Shown: positions 21,060-30,818 of the stretch, in pieces | Position numbering within the stretch: the first letter of the stretch is position 1 | Layout: the number at the start of each line of letters is the position of its first letter | NCBI GenBank assembly: GCA_951812585.1 | Contig: OX638318.1 | Location: forward strand, 1,794,380-1,858,379 | Source: Rhodothermales bacterium | Lineage (GTDB): Bacteria > Bacteroidota > Rhodothermia > Rhodothermales > Bin80 | DNA: 64,000 bases | Direction of reading: 5' to 3' | Program-made: the position numbers and the translations under genes | The notes under the pieces: model-generated | Seen by the model: the letters and a program-made list of their open reading frames with translations, nothing else | Database searches by the model: none | What the model was told of the DNA's origin: nothing

Positions 21060-22217
21060 ATGGGCTTATCCGCGTTAGGGGGCTTGACGCCCGCGGCATT
21101 CTTGCGTGACTACTGGCAGCAGAAGCCGCTTGCGGTGCGCGGGGCATTTCCAGGGCTGGTGCCCCCCATGTCACCGGCCGATCTGATGGTGCTGGCGTGC
21201 AGGGATGATGTCTTTGCGCGACTCATACTGGAGGCCGCAGGATCGTCTCCGTGGGAGCTGATACCCGGCCCATTCGAGCGCGACGAGCTCCAGGACCTTC
21301 CTCAAGAAGGATGGACTCTGCTTGTGGGCGGCGTGGAGCGGCATGTGCCGGCTGCTGCCGCGCTGCTGGCGCCATTTCGCTTTTTGCCCAACTGGCGCTT
21401 CGACGATGTTCAGGCCAGCTACGCGCCGCCGGGCGGCAGTGCGGGTCCGCACTTCGACCACTACGATGTCTTTTTGGTGCAGGGCTATGGCCGGCGGCGA
21501 TGGCGCATCAGCCATGCCCCTGCGCCCGAGGACACCGCCTTTATGCCTGACGCAGACCTCGCGATCCTAGCGGACTTTGCGCCCGATGCAGAGTGGGTTC
21601 TGGAGCCGGGAGATCTGCTCTATCTTCCGCCGCGCCGTCCGCACTGGGGGGTCGCCGTAGATCACTGCATGACGTATTCCGTGGGTTTTCGTGCGCCCAC
21701 GGTCCAGGATGTTCTGGCTGGCCTCTTGGACGCGGCGACTTCAAATGCGGACGCCGCTCACCGATATGGCGATGCACGCAGGCCGCCATCGGCCCATCCG
21801 GGGCGTATTGACCCTGCGGATGTAGACAGGGTACGCGCCGTTGTGCGGCGCTTTTTGGACATGGACATGGAGCGGTGGTTCGGAGCTTTCATCACCGCCT
21901 CTGGATTGGACTTTGCTGAGCCCGCAGTGCCCCTTACTGCAATAGAGATTGGCGACCTGATTTCGTCTGGCGCTGCGCTTAGCCGCGTGTCTGTAGGGTC
22001 CCTGGTGCATGTGGAATGTCGGGACTGTGTGTGCCTGTACGCCGGTGGCCAGGAATACATCTTGGGGCCGGATCAGCTGGAGGTGGCCCGCCTGATCACG
22101 GGGACGAAGCCCCTTACGCATAATACACTCAAGCCGTACCTTCGCATGGCTGCTGTTGCACAGGCGCTTGCCGACATGGTCAATAGCGGCTGCTTGGCTC
22201 TTGACGCGCGACGATGA
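21060..22217 (+). CDS. roxA: JmjC/cupin-4 ribosomal protein uL16 hydroxylase (YcfD/RoxA)
   Basis: DYWQQKPL, WRFDDV, GPHFDHYDVFLVQG.GRRRW, LEPGDLLYLPP...HWG, SVGFRAP. Confidence 0.88.
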   Translation: MGLSALGGLTPAAFLRDYWQQKPLAVRGAFPGLVPPMSPADLMVLACRDDVFARLILEAAGSSPWELIPGPFERDELQDLPQEGWTLLVGGVERHVPAAAALLAPFRFLPNWRFDDVQASYAPPGGSAGPHFDHYDVFLVQGYGRRRWRISHAPAPEDTAFMPDADLAILADFAPDAEWVLEPGDLLYLPPRRPHWGVAVDHCMTYSVGFRAPTVQDVLAGLLDAATSNADAAHRYGDARRPPSAHPGRIDPADVDRVRAVVRRFLDMDMERWFGAFITASGLDFAEPAVPLTAIEIGDLISSGAALSRVSVGSLVHVECRDCVCLYAGGQEYILGPDQLEVARLITGTKPLTHNTLKPYLRMAAVAQALADMVNSGCLALDARR

Positions 22218-22801
22218 TCAGGCCTTGGGACCATCTGGACAGCCACCCGCGCGGAGACTACCGCGTCTTCACGCTGCGGGAAGACCAGAGCCGCTCACCG
22301 CGCACCGGGCAGGTGCATCCGTTCTATGTGCTTGAGTCGGCGGACTGGGTCAATTGCCTCCCCGTAACGGAGGCGGGGCAGCTGGTGTGCATCCGGCAGT
22401 ATCGCCACGGCACGCGCTCGATAGAGCTGGAGCTGCCGGGCGGTTTGGTCGACGATGGAGAAGCACCGGAAGCTGCGGCCCTGCGCGAGATGCGCGAAGA
22501 AACGGGCTACGGGTCGGAATCGTTGGTTCACTTGGGCACGATGCAGCCCAACCCTGCGATTCTCAACAACGCTTGCCACTTCTACCTGGGGCAAAACGCC
22601 AGGAAGCAGGATGTGCAGCACTTGGACAGTGCCGAAGACATTGAGGTTGTGCTGGTGGACCTAGAGGATATTCCGGACCTGGTCTCGTCTGGTGCCATAA
22701 CGCACGGCATTGCGCTGGCGGGGCTCTTGTATCTGGACCTGTACTTGCGCGGCGTGGGACCAGGTGGCATCACAAAGGCCTTAGCCGTGGCCACGCCCTA
22801 G
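22214..22801 (+). CDS. NUDIX hydrolase (ADP-ribose pyrophosphatase-like)
   Basis: Nudix box GGLVDDGEAPEAAALREMREETG. Confidence 0.92.
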   Translation: MIRPWDHLDSHPRGDYRVFTLREDQSRSPRTGQVHPFYVLESADWVNCLPVTEAGQLVCIRQYRHGTRSIELELPGGLVDDGEAPEAAALREMREETGYGSESLVHLGTMQPNPAILNNACHFYLGQNARKQDVQHLDSAEDIEVVLVDLEDIPDLVSSGAITHGIALAGLLYLDLYLRGVGPGGITKALAVATP

Positions 22802-22819
22802 ATCAAGAGAGGCAGTCGC

Positions 22820-23647
22820 ATGGTAGAGGTTTCGGAGTGGCTTTCAACCCTGCGCCACAGGATTCAGTACACACTCTTTGGCGACGAGTCCCCGTACGCC
22901 AGGCTGGTCGACATCACGGTCATCGTTGCGATTCTGGCAAGCGTCCTGGTGGTGATGTTGGAGAGCATACCCCGTTATAACGCGGCGTTTGGGCGGCAGC
23001 TACACATCGCTGAGTGGGTATTTACGATCATCTTTACGGTCGAGTACCTCTTTCGGCTGCTTTGCGCCAAGAGGCCCAAAGTTTATGCTCGCAGCTTTTA
23101 CGGCATCGTAGACCTGATGGCGGTCGTACCGACCTATATCAGTTTCTTTCTTCCGGGTGCTGAAACGCTGCTGGTGATACGACTCTTGCGCCTGCTCCGC
23201 GTGTTCAGAATACTCAAGCTCGTCGCGTTCCTGGACGCAGGCAACGTGCTTATAGATGTGCTTAAGCAAAGCGCACGCAGCATCGCGATTTTTTTGACCG
23301 CCGTTTTTGTGCTGGTGACCATACTGGGTTCACTGATCTACCTCGTGGAAGGGGCAGAAAACGGGTACGACACCATTCCGCGCAGCATCTACTGGGCCGT
23401 CGTGACATTGACAACAGTCGGATATGGTGACATTTCTCCGCAAACCCCGTTGGGACAGGCCCTGGCGGCGGTCGTGATGGTCATCGGATACTCCATCATC
23501 GCCGTGCCTGCTGGCATTGTATCACTGGGATTTTCACGGGCCATAAGGCCCAGGAAGGGAGGCAAGGTGTGTACGTGGTGCCACGAAAAACGTCACGATC
23601 CTAAAGCCCAGTTTTGCCACAACTGCGGCACCAAGCTAATCACATGA
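22820..23647 (+). CDS. voltage-gated-type potassium channel (ion transporter)
   Basis: S4 RLLRLLRVFRILKL, filter TTVGYGD, C-terminal zinc ribbon. Confidence 0.93.
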   Translation: MVEVSEWLSTLRHRIQYTLFGDESPYARLVDITVIVAILASVLVVMLESIPRYNAAFGRQLHIAEWVFTIIFTVEYLFRLLCAKRPKVYARSFYGIVDLMAVVPTYISFFLPGAETLLVIRLLRLLRVFRILKLVAFLDAGNVLIDVLKQSARSIAIFLTAVFVLVTILGSLIYLVEGAENGYDTIPRSIYWAVVTLTTVGYGDISPQTPLGQALAAVVMVIGYSIIAVPAGIVSLGFSRAIRPRKGGKVCTWCHEKRHDPKAQFCHNCGTKLIT

Positions 23648-26218
23648 AAGGAAGCATTCCCTGGCTGGGGGGCGCAGGTTGTAGTGTGTGCTCATAACCT
23701 GTCCGTACGCCCCTGCCGTAGCCACGAGGAGCACATCGCCTTCAGAAGTTTTGGGCAATCGTCGTCCGTGCCCGAGGATGTCGCCAGTTTCGCAGATGGG
23801 GCCGACCACTTCGGCGGTGATGGCAGGTGGCGCATCCAGGTGTGACAGGTTTGCGATGGCATGGTACGCGCCATAGAGCGCGGGACGAATCAGGGAGTTC
23901 ATGCCGGTTTCCACGCCGACGTAGTGCATGGATCCCTTCTCTTTCACCTGCGTGACGCGCGCCAAAAGGACACCGGATTCCGCGACAAGCAGTCGTCCGG
24001 GCTCCATCCACAGGGCAAAGTGCGGGTGCGCTTGTCTGAAGCTGCCAAGGTCCTCGGCCAGCGCATCCAGGTCCAGCGCCGTGGCACCCGGGCGCTCCGG
24101 CACACCAAAGCCGCCCCCGATGTTGAGAATGCGCACCTCAGGGAAGTCTTCGGCAAGCGACGCCAGGAAGTAGGCCGTTTCTGTCCAGGTGCTGCTCATG
24201 AGGATGCCGCTGCCCACATGCGCATGCAGTCCAATGATGGTCACACTAATATCCGCGGCGAGCCTTTGCAGCCTAGGCAACGCGTCGGGGGCGATTCCGA
24301 ACTTGGACTGCGTGCCGGCGGTCCGCACATGTTTATGGTGTCCGTGACCGCGACCAGGGTCAACCCGTATGATGATCTTTCGGCCAGCGAACACATCAGG
24401 CCACAGCTCCAGTGGGCGCGTGCTGTCCAGCGTTACGTAGCCCGCGAGGCGAAATCCGGTCTCGTACTCCTCCCGCGGCGCAAAATTGGGTGTGAACAGG
24501 ATCCGCTCTGGATCCAAGTCTGGAAACAGCCGATGGGCAAGCGCCAGCTCCCCCGGCGACACGCATTCAAAGCCAAGTCCTGCCTCGTAGAAGACACGCA
24601 GCACGTCGGGGTGCAGGCTCGCTTTCATCGCATAGAAGCAGCGCGCTACCGGTGCGAGCCCAAGGACTTGCCTGGCAGCCGCCCGCAGTGTGGCTTCATC
24701 ATATACATAGCACGGAGAATGCTCTTTCGCAATGCGCAACAGGTCGGTGCGCCGCTGCTTCCACCACAGGGCCCGTTCCGTCGGCAGATCAGCGTCAAAG
24801 AGCTCCCGGTAGGTCTTGCCGAACAGGCCATTGCGGCTCATGTGACCGAAGATCTGGCTGTGCAGCTTGGCGACCAGGCGCGCCGCCTGGGACTCGTGGA
24901 CCACAAAGGTGAGGTTGCGGTCACTGGCGGCCTGCGTCACGAGGAAGACCTGCTGCTCGCTCAGGGCTTCCAGCGCCGGGCCCAGCTCGTGCAGCACGCT
25001 GCGAATCTGGCGCCCCACCAGGCTGACGGCGGCGCAGGACTGAATCGGCTGCGCACTGCAAAACATGTTGAGGTCTGACAGCAGCGACTCCAGCTTAGAA
25101 GGCGAAAGCGCGACCCCGTGTATGGGGTCGATCGACATGGTGACGTTCGTTTCCGATGTGGCGACATGGCCGATGGACAGGCCATGGCGTTCGAACAATC
25201 CGCAGACGCGCGCCAAAAAGCCTACGGAGTGCCACATGCGTGGCGTTTCTATGGCAATCAGGGTTAGGCCCGCCAGCGTAGAGATGGCCTTGACCTGTGC
25301 GCCGAAGGTTTCTACGTCCGGCGCGATGACCGTCCCAGGCAACTGCGGCGCAAGGGTGGATCGAATATGCAGCGGGATGCCGGCGCTTCGCAGCGGGTCG
25401 ATGCAGCGTGCATGCAGCACTTCGGCCCCTGTGCTGGCAAGCTCCTCGGCCTCATCGTATTCCAGGTGCCGAAGTAGGCGGGCGGACGGAATGATGCGCG
25501 GGTCAGCCGTGAACATTCCCGGCACATCCGTCCAGATCTCCACATGTTCCGCTTCAAGCTTCGCGGCCAAATAGGACGCCGAAGTATCGGAACCGCCCCA
25601 CCCGATGAGCACCGTTTCGCCCCGCCGATTGCGCGCGATGAAGCCTTGCGTAAGCGTGATGCAGTCCGAGGCCAATGCGGCCTTCAGGGCCATGTCCGGC
25701 GCGTGTTCGCACTGATTGGACAGGTACTGCTCGTGCAGCGGCGCGCGGCTATCTGTGTGGGCCTGCAGCAAAGTGCGGGCATCACGCCAAGTTGTTTGCA
25801 GTCCTTGCCGCCTCAAAAAGGCTGCGCCGAGCGTGGTCAGCATCAGCTCGCCACCAGACAGTATGCGCGCTCTGACAGCCGGGCCGACTTCCTGTGTGAG
25901 CGAGATGCCGTAGGCCAGCCGCGTGATGCTGTCGAAGTAATGTGCCAATAGCGCCCGGCCGTCGACTTCGAGTGCGCTTGCGAGCGCTAGGTGCCGCTCT
26001 TTGATGGCCTCGAGTAATGCTTCGTGTGCATTGGCCAGAGCAGCACTCAGGAGCGCCTCCAGTTCGCGAGAAACGCGTTCCATGGCCGAGCACACCAGGA
26101 CAGGGCGCTTGCCTGCCTCGAGGCGTTCCTGCGCAATGGAAGCGACCGTATCCCAGTGTGCGCGTGTCGACACGCTTGTGCCGCCAAACTTTGCCACCAC
26201 ATACGGAGATGCATCCAC
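23636..26218 (-). CDS. bifunctional aspartate kinase / diaminopimelate decarboxylase (LysC-LysA fusion)
   Basis: KFGGTSV, GGSDTSA, WTDVPG, ACT domains, then YAMKA, FECVSPGE, HAHVGSG, EPGR, GPICETGD. Confidence 0.96.
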   Translation of the reverse strand: MDASPYVVAKFGGTSVSTRAHWDTVASIAQERLEAGKRPVLVCSAMERVSRELEALLSAALANAHEALLEAIKERHLALASALEVDGRALLAHYFDSITRLAYGISLTQEVGPAVRARILSGGELMLTTLGAAFLRRQGLQTTWRDARTLLQAHTDSRAPLHEQYLSNQCEHAPDMALKAALASDCITLTQGFIARNRRGETVLIGWGGSDTSASYLAAKLEAEHVEIWTDVPGMFTADPRIIPSARLLRHLEYDEAEELASTGAEVLHARCIDPLRSAGIPLHIRSTLAPQLPGTVIAPDVETFGAQVKAISTLAGLTLIAIETPRMWHSVGFLARVCGLFERHGLSIGHVATSETNVTMSIDPIHGVALSPSKLESLLSDLNMFCSAQPIQSCAAVSLVGRQIRSVLHELGPALEALSEQQVFLVTQAASDRNLTFVVHESQAARLVAKLHSQIFGHMSRNGLFGKTYRELFDADLPTERALWWKQRRTDLLRIAKEHSPCYVYDEATLRAAARQVLGLAPVARCFYAMKASLHPDVLRVFYEAGLGFECVSPGELALAHRLFPDLDPERILFTPNFAPREEYETGFRLAGYVTLDSTRPLELWPDVFAGRKIIIRVDPGRGHGHHKHVRTAGTQSKFGIAPDALPRLQRLAADISVTIIGLHAHVGSGILMSSTWTETAYFLASLAEDFPEVRILNIGGGFGVPERPGATALDLDALAEDLGSFRQAHPHFALWMEPGRLLVAESGVLLARVTQVKEKGSMHYVGVETGMNSLIRPALYGAYHAIANLSHLDAPPAITAEVVGPICETGDILGHGRRLPKTSEGDVLLVATAGAYGQVMSTHYNLRPPARECFLSCD

Positions 26219-26442
26219 AGCGAACCTGCTCTGAAGCGGCTTGCGCGTAATGCCGCAGGCAGACGCGGCAGTGCACCCATGAGGCGATTGCAGAGGGAGT
26301 ACTACCGAATAATACCGCCCCGCTACCGACTACTACCCGCTACTACTGCCGCCCAGCACATCCATTAAACGCTTGCAGGTCCGACGGGGTTCAATGGGCA
26401 CGCATGTGCCAAGTGCGCTGCGTTTCCTCGCACTTTGCAAAT

Positions 26443-26740
26443 CGTGCTTGCCCGAAAAAAAAGGAGGGTCGGAGGCCAAGTTCAGGCTGATTGGCGGTGA
26501 GCATTCGGCGCATGGCCATGGTCAGGGAGGTGTACAGGCCAGCGGTACCCGGTTTTGAGCGAATCAAGCACCGAATCATGTCGCTGAATCGCCTGATTTG
26601 TGCCAAGCTGATATAGCGCGCCCCGCTCCCCGTTACAAGGAGTATGAGGACCTCGCTCTTCTGGTGACGCTGGGAAGTTCTTACGGATTCTTCTTGCGGG
26701 CTTGGCACCGGCGTGCTTCTTGCTTCTTCAGAATCTGACC
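26443..26740 (-). pseudogene. 3' end remnant of ISNCY-like transposase plus terminal inverted repeat
   Basis: Minus frame 26740-26681 reads GQILKKQEARRCQARKKNP*, resembling the basic C-terminal tail of this transposase family as recalled; about 220 bp of 3' region then the IR. Confidence 0.6.
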
Positions 26741-27210
26741 TTTCGCGCCCGATAAGAATCGGGGGCTCGCCGACGGCGGTGATTCCGAAGGCTAAGCGTC
26801 GGGGTTCGCTGCCCGTTACAAGCTGTGCCTGCTGAACGAAGCGGGGACTCGCACCGAGCCCGGAGAGATCGGCGTGCTCTGGAACCGGGAAGGTCTCTAC
26901 GCGTCGCACCTGAGAAGATGGTACCGCCCGCGTGAACGTGGAGCGTGCTACGGCGCGATCTGGGTCGGCAAGGAGCTGGAGCAGGCCAAGGCCGTCGTAG
27001 AGATTCAAAAAAAAAGTCTGCACGCTGTTTGGCAGCAGCAGCGAGACCGAAGCCGGGCAGCTATGAAGGAGAGGGTGATGCTACTGCATCCGATCGTGGG
27101 CGCGAAAGCGGCCTTTCGGTCTGTGGGCATCTCCTGTGCCAGCTACGACAGAAGCCGGCGTCCGGCGATGTCGGGGCCCAGGCGCCGCCGCTAACGAACC
27201 ACTGAAGCGT
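26737..27210 (+). pseudogene. IS3-family transposase 5' remnant (orfA plus start of orfB), copy 1
   Basis: Frameshifted VIPKAKRR/FAARYKLCLLNEAGTRTEPGEIGVLWNREGLYASHLRRW, ELEQAKAVVEIQKK, A9G slippery tract (27007-27016), orfB-like HPIVGAKAAFRSVGISCASY. Confidence 0.8.
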
Positions 27211-27227
27211 GATCCAGAGGTGACCGC

Positions 27228-29534
27228 ATGAAGTCCACACGACATCACACTGATTTCAAGACGAGCCTGTCTCCAACTCCTTGGCACATCTTCTGCGTCG
27301 TGCGGTTCTTCGTACCGGTCGGGGTGCCGATGGCGCTGGTTCTGATGATGCTGGGGCATCCGCTCTATGCGCAGCCTTATCAGGAGCCTCCGCTTTCTCT
27401 GCAGTTCCTGCAGGAGCTGGAAGAAGACCCTGTAGAGCGCGTTTCCGCGGCCGATCTTTTACGCGACACGTTGGCAGCCCCGGTTGTCACCGGCTATGCG
27501 GTCAATCTGGAGCGGGACTATCGTGCACTGGTAGCGCTGTACGCATCAACGAATGGAGACAGTTGGAATACAAAAACGCATTGGGATACAACGCTTTCGG
27601 TGAGTGACATTAGAGCCACCAGGCTTGATTCCTTTTATGGTGTGACGGCAAGTAGTGCGGCCGGAGTGACGGCAATCGATTTGCACGTAAACAACCTAGG
27701 CGGGCTGCTTCCGCCCGCACTTGGCAATCTCTCGGCATTGCAAGTGCTATCGCTGAACGGTAATTACATAACCGGGCCGATCCCGCCCGCACTCGGCAAT
27801 CTCTCGGCATTGCAAGTGCTGAATCTGAGCTTCAATAGGCTGACCGGGCCGATCCCGCCCGCACTCGGCAATCTCTCGGCATTGCAAGTGCTGAATCTGA
27901 GCTTCAATGAGAAATTGCCGCACGAGAATTATGGACTGACCGGGCCGATTCCGCCTGAACTCGGCAATCTCTCGGCATTGCAAGTGCTGGATCTGGAATT
28001 CAATCGGCTGTGGGGGCCGCTTCCGCCCGAAATCGGCAATCTCTCGGCATTGCAAGTGCTGGATCTGAGCCTCACAGATCTGACGGGGCCGATCCCGCCC
28101 GCACTCGGCAATCTCTCGGCATTGCAAGTGCTGGATCTGAGCCGCACAGATCTGACGGGGCCGATCCCGCCCGCACTCGGCAATCTCTCGGAATTGCAAG
28201 CGCTGAGGCTGGACGGCAATTCGCTGACGGGGCCGATCCCGCCCGCACTTGGCAATCTCTCGGAATTGCAAGAGCTGGATCTGGGCTACAATTATTCGCT
28301 GACCGGGCCGATCCCGCCTGACCTCGGCAATCTCTCGGCATTGCGAGAGCTGGATCTGTCCTACAATTCGCTGACGGGGCCGCTTCCGCCCGCACTCGGC
28401 AATCTCTCGGAATTGCAAGAGCTGAGGCTGTACGATAATGACATAACCGGGCCGCTTCCGCCCGAAATAGGCAATCTCTCGGAATTGCAAGAGCTGTGGC
28501 TGTACGATAATGACATAACCGGGCCGCTTCCGCCCGAAATAGGCAATCTCTCGGAATTGCAAGAGCTGAGGCTGTACGATAATGACATAACCGGGCCGCT
28601 TCCGCCCGCACTCGGCAATCTCTCGGCTTTGCAAGATCTGAATCTGCACAACAATTCGTTGACCGGGCCGCTTCCGACCGAACTCGGCAATCTCTCGGCT
28701 TTGCAAGCGCTGTTTCTGTCCAACAATTCGCTAACGGGGCCGCTTCCGACCGAACTCGGCAACCTCTCGGCTTTGGAATGGCTGAATCTGTCCGACAATT
28801 CGCTGGCAGGTGTGCTTCCGCGGAGTCTCATGCAGCTGGACAGTCTAAACACTTTCTACTTTGGCGGCCAGGAACTGTGCGCACCGGCGGACAGTGACTT
28901 CCAGGCGTGGTTGAGCAGCATCCCGAGTACAGACGGGCCCACCTGCGCACCCTTGCAGCTTACAGGTACAATTGCAAATCAAACCTTTCGCAGAGCACAG
29001 CCCATTGCGCCGCTGGTCTTGCCTGAAGCCTCGGGAGGTGTGTCGCCGATCAATTACACGCTGGCTCCTACACTCCCGACAGGCCTGAGCTTTGATTCGG
29101 CAACGCGCACGATCAGCGGTACGCCGACGGAAGTCACGCAAGGTCCCTTACCCTACACATACACGGCGACCGACACGAACGGATCCGCCGACAGTTTGCA
29201 CTTCACTATTGAGGTGTTTGGACCATTGGCCGCTGAGCACGAGACATTGCCAGAATCGTTTGCCGTACATGGTAATTATCCGAATCCCTTCCGTGCATGG
29301 ACCCGCATCGTGTTCGATCTGCCTTGGCCGGCGCGCGTGACCGTTGAAGTCATGGACCTAACGGGCCGGCGCGTGCTTGCTATAGCGCCGGTGGATCTGT
29401 CCGCTGGGTGGGCGCATAACATTGCAATAAGCGGTCTTACACTTTCTTCGGGACTCTATCTGTACCGCCTGATGGCCGCGCCGCCCGAGAGCCACGCAAC
29501 GTATCGGATGGGCCGCTTCGTGCACATTCGCTAA
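27228..29534 (+). CDS. secreted plant-type LRR protein (15 GNLS repeats) + putative Ig domain + T9SS type-A sorting domain, copy 1
   Basis: ALVALYASTNG N-cap, 24-aa LTGPIPPELGNLSALQVLDLxxN repeats, LPTGLSFDSATRTISGTPT, GNYPNPF...LSSGLYLYRL. Confidence 0.93.
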   Translation: MKSTRHHTDFKTSLSPTPWHIFCVVRFFVPVGVPMALVLMMLGHPLYAQPYQEPPLSLQFLQELEEDPVERVSAADLLRDTLAAPVVTGYAVNLERDYRALVALYASTNGDSWNTKTHWDTTLSVSDIRATRLDSFYGVTASSAAGVTAIDLHVNNLGGLLPPALGNLSALQVLSLNGNYITGPIPPALGNLSALQVLNLSFNRLTGPIPPALGNLSALQVLNLSFNEKLPHENYGLTGPIPPELGNLSALQVLDLEFNRLWGPLPPEIGNLSALQVLDLSLTDLTGPIPPALGNLSALQVLDLSRTDLTGPIPPALGNLSELQALRLDGNSLTGPIPPALGNLSELQELDLGYNYSLTGPIPPDLGNLSALRELDLSYNSLTGPLPPALGNLSELQELRLYDNDITGPLPPEIGNLSELQELWLYDNDITGPLPPEIGNLSELQELRLYDNDITGPLPPALGNLSALQDLNLHNNSLTGPLPTELGNLSALQALFLSNNSLTGPLPTELGNLSALEWLNLSDNSLAGVLPRSLMQLDSLNTFYFGGQELCAPADSDFQAWLSSIPSTDGPTCAPLQLTGTIANQTFRRAQPIAPLVLPEASGGVSPINYTLAPTLPTGLSFDSATRTISGTPTEVTQGPLPYTYTATDTNGSADSLHFTIEVFGPLAAEHETLPESFAVHGNYPNPFRAWTRIVFDLPWPARVTVEVMDLTGRRVLAIAPVDLSAGWAHNIAISGLTLSSGLYLYRLMAAPPESHATYRMGRFVHIR
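27709..28810 (+). repeat. 72-bp intragenic tandem repeat array (LRR modules), copy 1
   Basis: Near-invariant ggcaatctctcgg scaffold recurring every 72 nt, in frame with the LRR gene. Confidence 0.92.
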
Positions 29535-30069
29535 GGGAGACATCCGCGGTCCGCTGTAATGTCTAAATCGCAGGCGAGCACCTTCTGCAAGGTGTCCAGC
29601 ACGAAGAGCCGCCATAGACGCAGGCCCGGGCGACCACGCCGCAGATTGACCTTCGCGCCCAAGTGCTCCCGCAGGATCGCGAACACACGCGCGTGCTGCG
29701 GTGCGTGAAGCGGTTCTGCAGTCCACGGAGAACGTTCGGAATATCGTCTCTGGACCGAGGATCCAACGTGATCTCTCCAATGGGCGTATGCCCAAGCGCA
29801 AACGGTGGCTCGAAGATCGCGCGCATAGCAGTAAAACGGGCGAATGTCGGGGCAGAAGCGTAAGAATTCCGCCAAGAACAAGCCCAGGATCAGAAAACGG
29901 TGCAGCATTCGCTGAAACAACGTAGGCCGCCGTTGGGGGAAACGGCCCCGAAAGCAGCCGCTCCACACCCCCAAATGCCCGATCTTTTGCCGCTTGCACC
30001 CATATATCCGCCCTATGCGCCCACAACTGCCGATTTTCAGGGCCAATCAGGCATTTTGGGGCAAGCATG
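29531..30069 (-). pseudogene. 5' remnant of ISNCY-like transposase with terminal IR, copy 1 (frameshifted)
   Basis: MRAIFEPPFALGHTPIGEITLDPRSRDDIPNVLRGLQ / RVFAILREHLG...GRPGLRLWRLFVL...LACDLD, truncated at the LRR stop; IR at 30054-30067. Confidence 0.8.
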
Positions 30070-30312
30070 AATTCGTCATTCATTAATTATGTATGCCGGG
30101 TTGTGACTGGCACTGCCAGCAGCGATCTGATTGTCTGGGGCCGCTATGCTGCTTGCTGCGCGATTTACACACTGTGTGCTTTGCACGCCGGAGCTTTATG
30201 CTTGTAATGACTGAGACCGCTCAGCCGCTTGTGTTGAAGCGGTCCGGGACTTAGCAGGCAGCTTGGCCAGGCATTCCAGCCTGGTCTCTCCGTTCCCTTG
30301 ATCCTGCGCACT

Positions 30313-30800
30313 ATGGACAAATCGGACCTTTCGCGCCCGATAAGAATCGGGGGGGGGGGCTTGCCGACGGCGGTGATTCCGAAGGCTAAGCGTCGGGGTT
30401 CGCTGCCCGTTACAAGCTGTGCCTGCTGAACGAAGCGGGGGCTCGCACCGAGCCCGGAGAGATCGGCGTGCTCTGGAACCGGGAAGGTCTCTACGCGTCA
30501 CACCTGACAAGATGGCACCGCCCGCGTGAACGTGGAGCGTGCTACGGCGCGATCCGGGTCGGCAAGGAGCTGGAGCAGGCCAAGGCCGTCGTAGAGATTC
30601 AAAAAAAGTCTGCACGCTGTTTGGCAGCAGCAGCGAGACCGAGGCCGGGCAGCTATGAGGGAGAGGGTGATGCTACTGCATCCGATCGTGGGCGCGAAAG
30701 CGGCCTTTCGGTCTGTAGGGGTTCCCGTGCCGGCTACGGCAGAAGCCGGTGTCCGGCGATGCCGGGACCTTGGCGCCGCCGCTAACTAACCACTGAAGCG
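30313..30800 (+). pseudogene. IS3-family transposase 5' remnant, copy 2
   Basis: Near-identical to 26737-27210; retains candidate start ATG 30313 (MDKSDLSRPIRIGGGGLPTAVIPKAKRR); G11 tract at 30349-30359; A7G at 30601-30608. Confidence 0.8.
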
Positions 30801-30818
30801 TGATCCAGAGGTGACCGC

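Noticed and set aside
23636-26218. LysC-LysA fusion and NagB-deacetylase fusion (57888..59801)
   Set aside because: Both fusions are already described in other bacteria.
26219-26440. Lysine riboswitch upstream of lysC-lysA
   Set aside because: No AGAGG-type P1/P2 signature found; only a degenerate (CTA/TAC)n low-complexity stretch at about 26300-26350.
26391-27023. 210-aa minus-strand ORF (and 29358..30083, 30196..30615)
   Set aside because: Chimeric or antisense readings across IS remnants.
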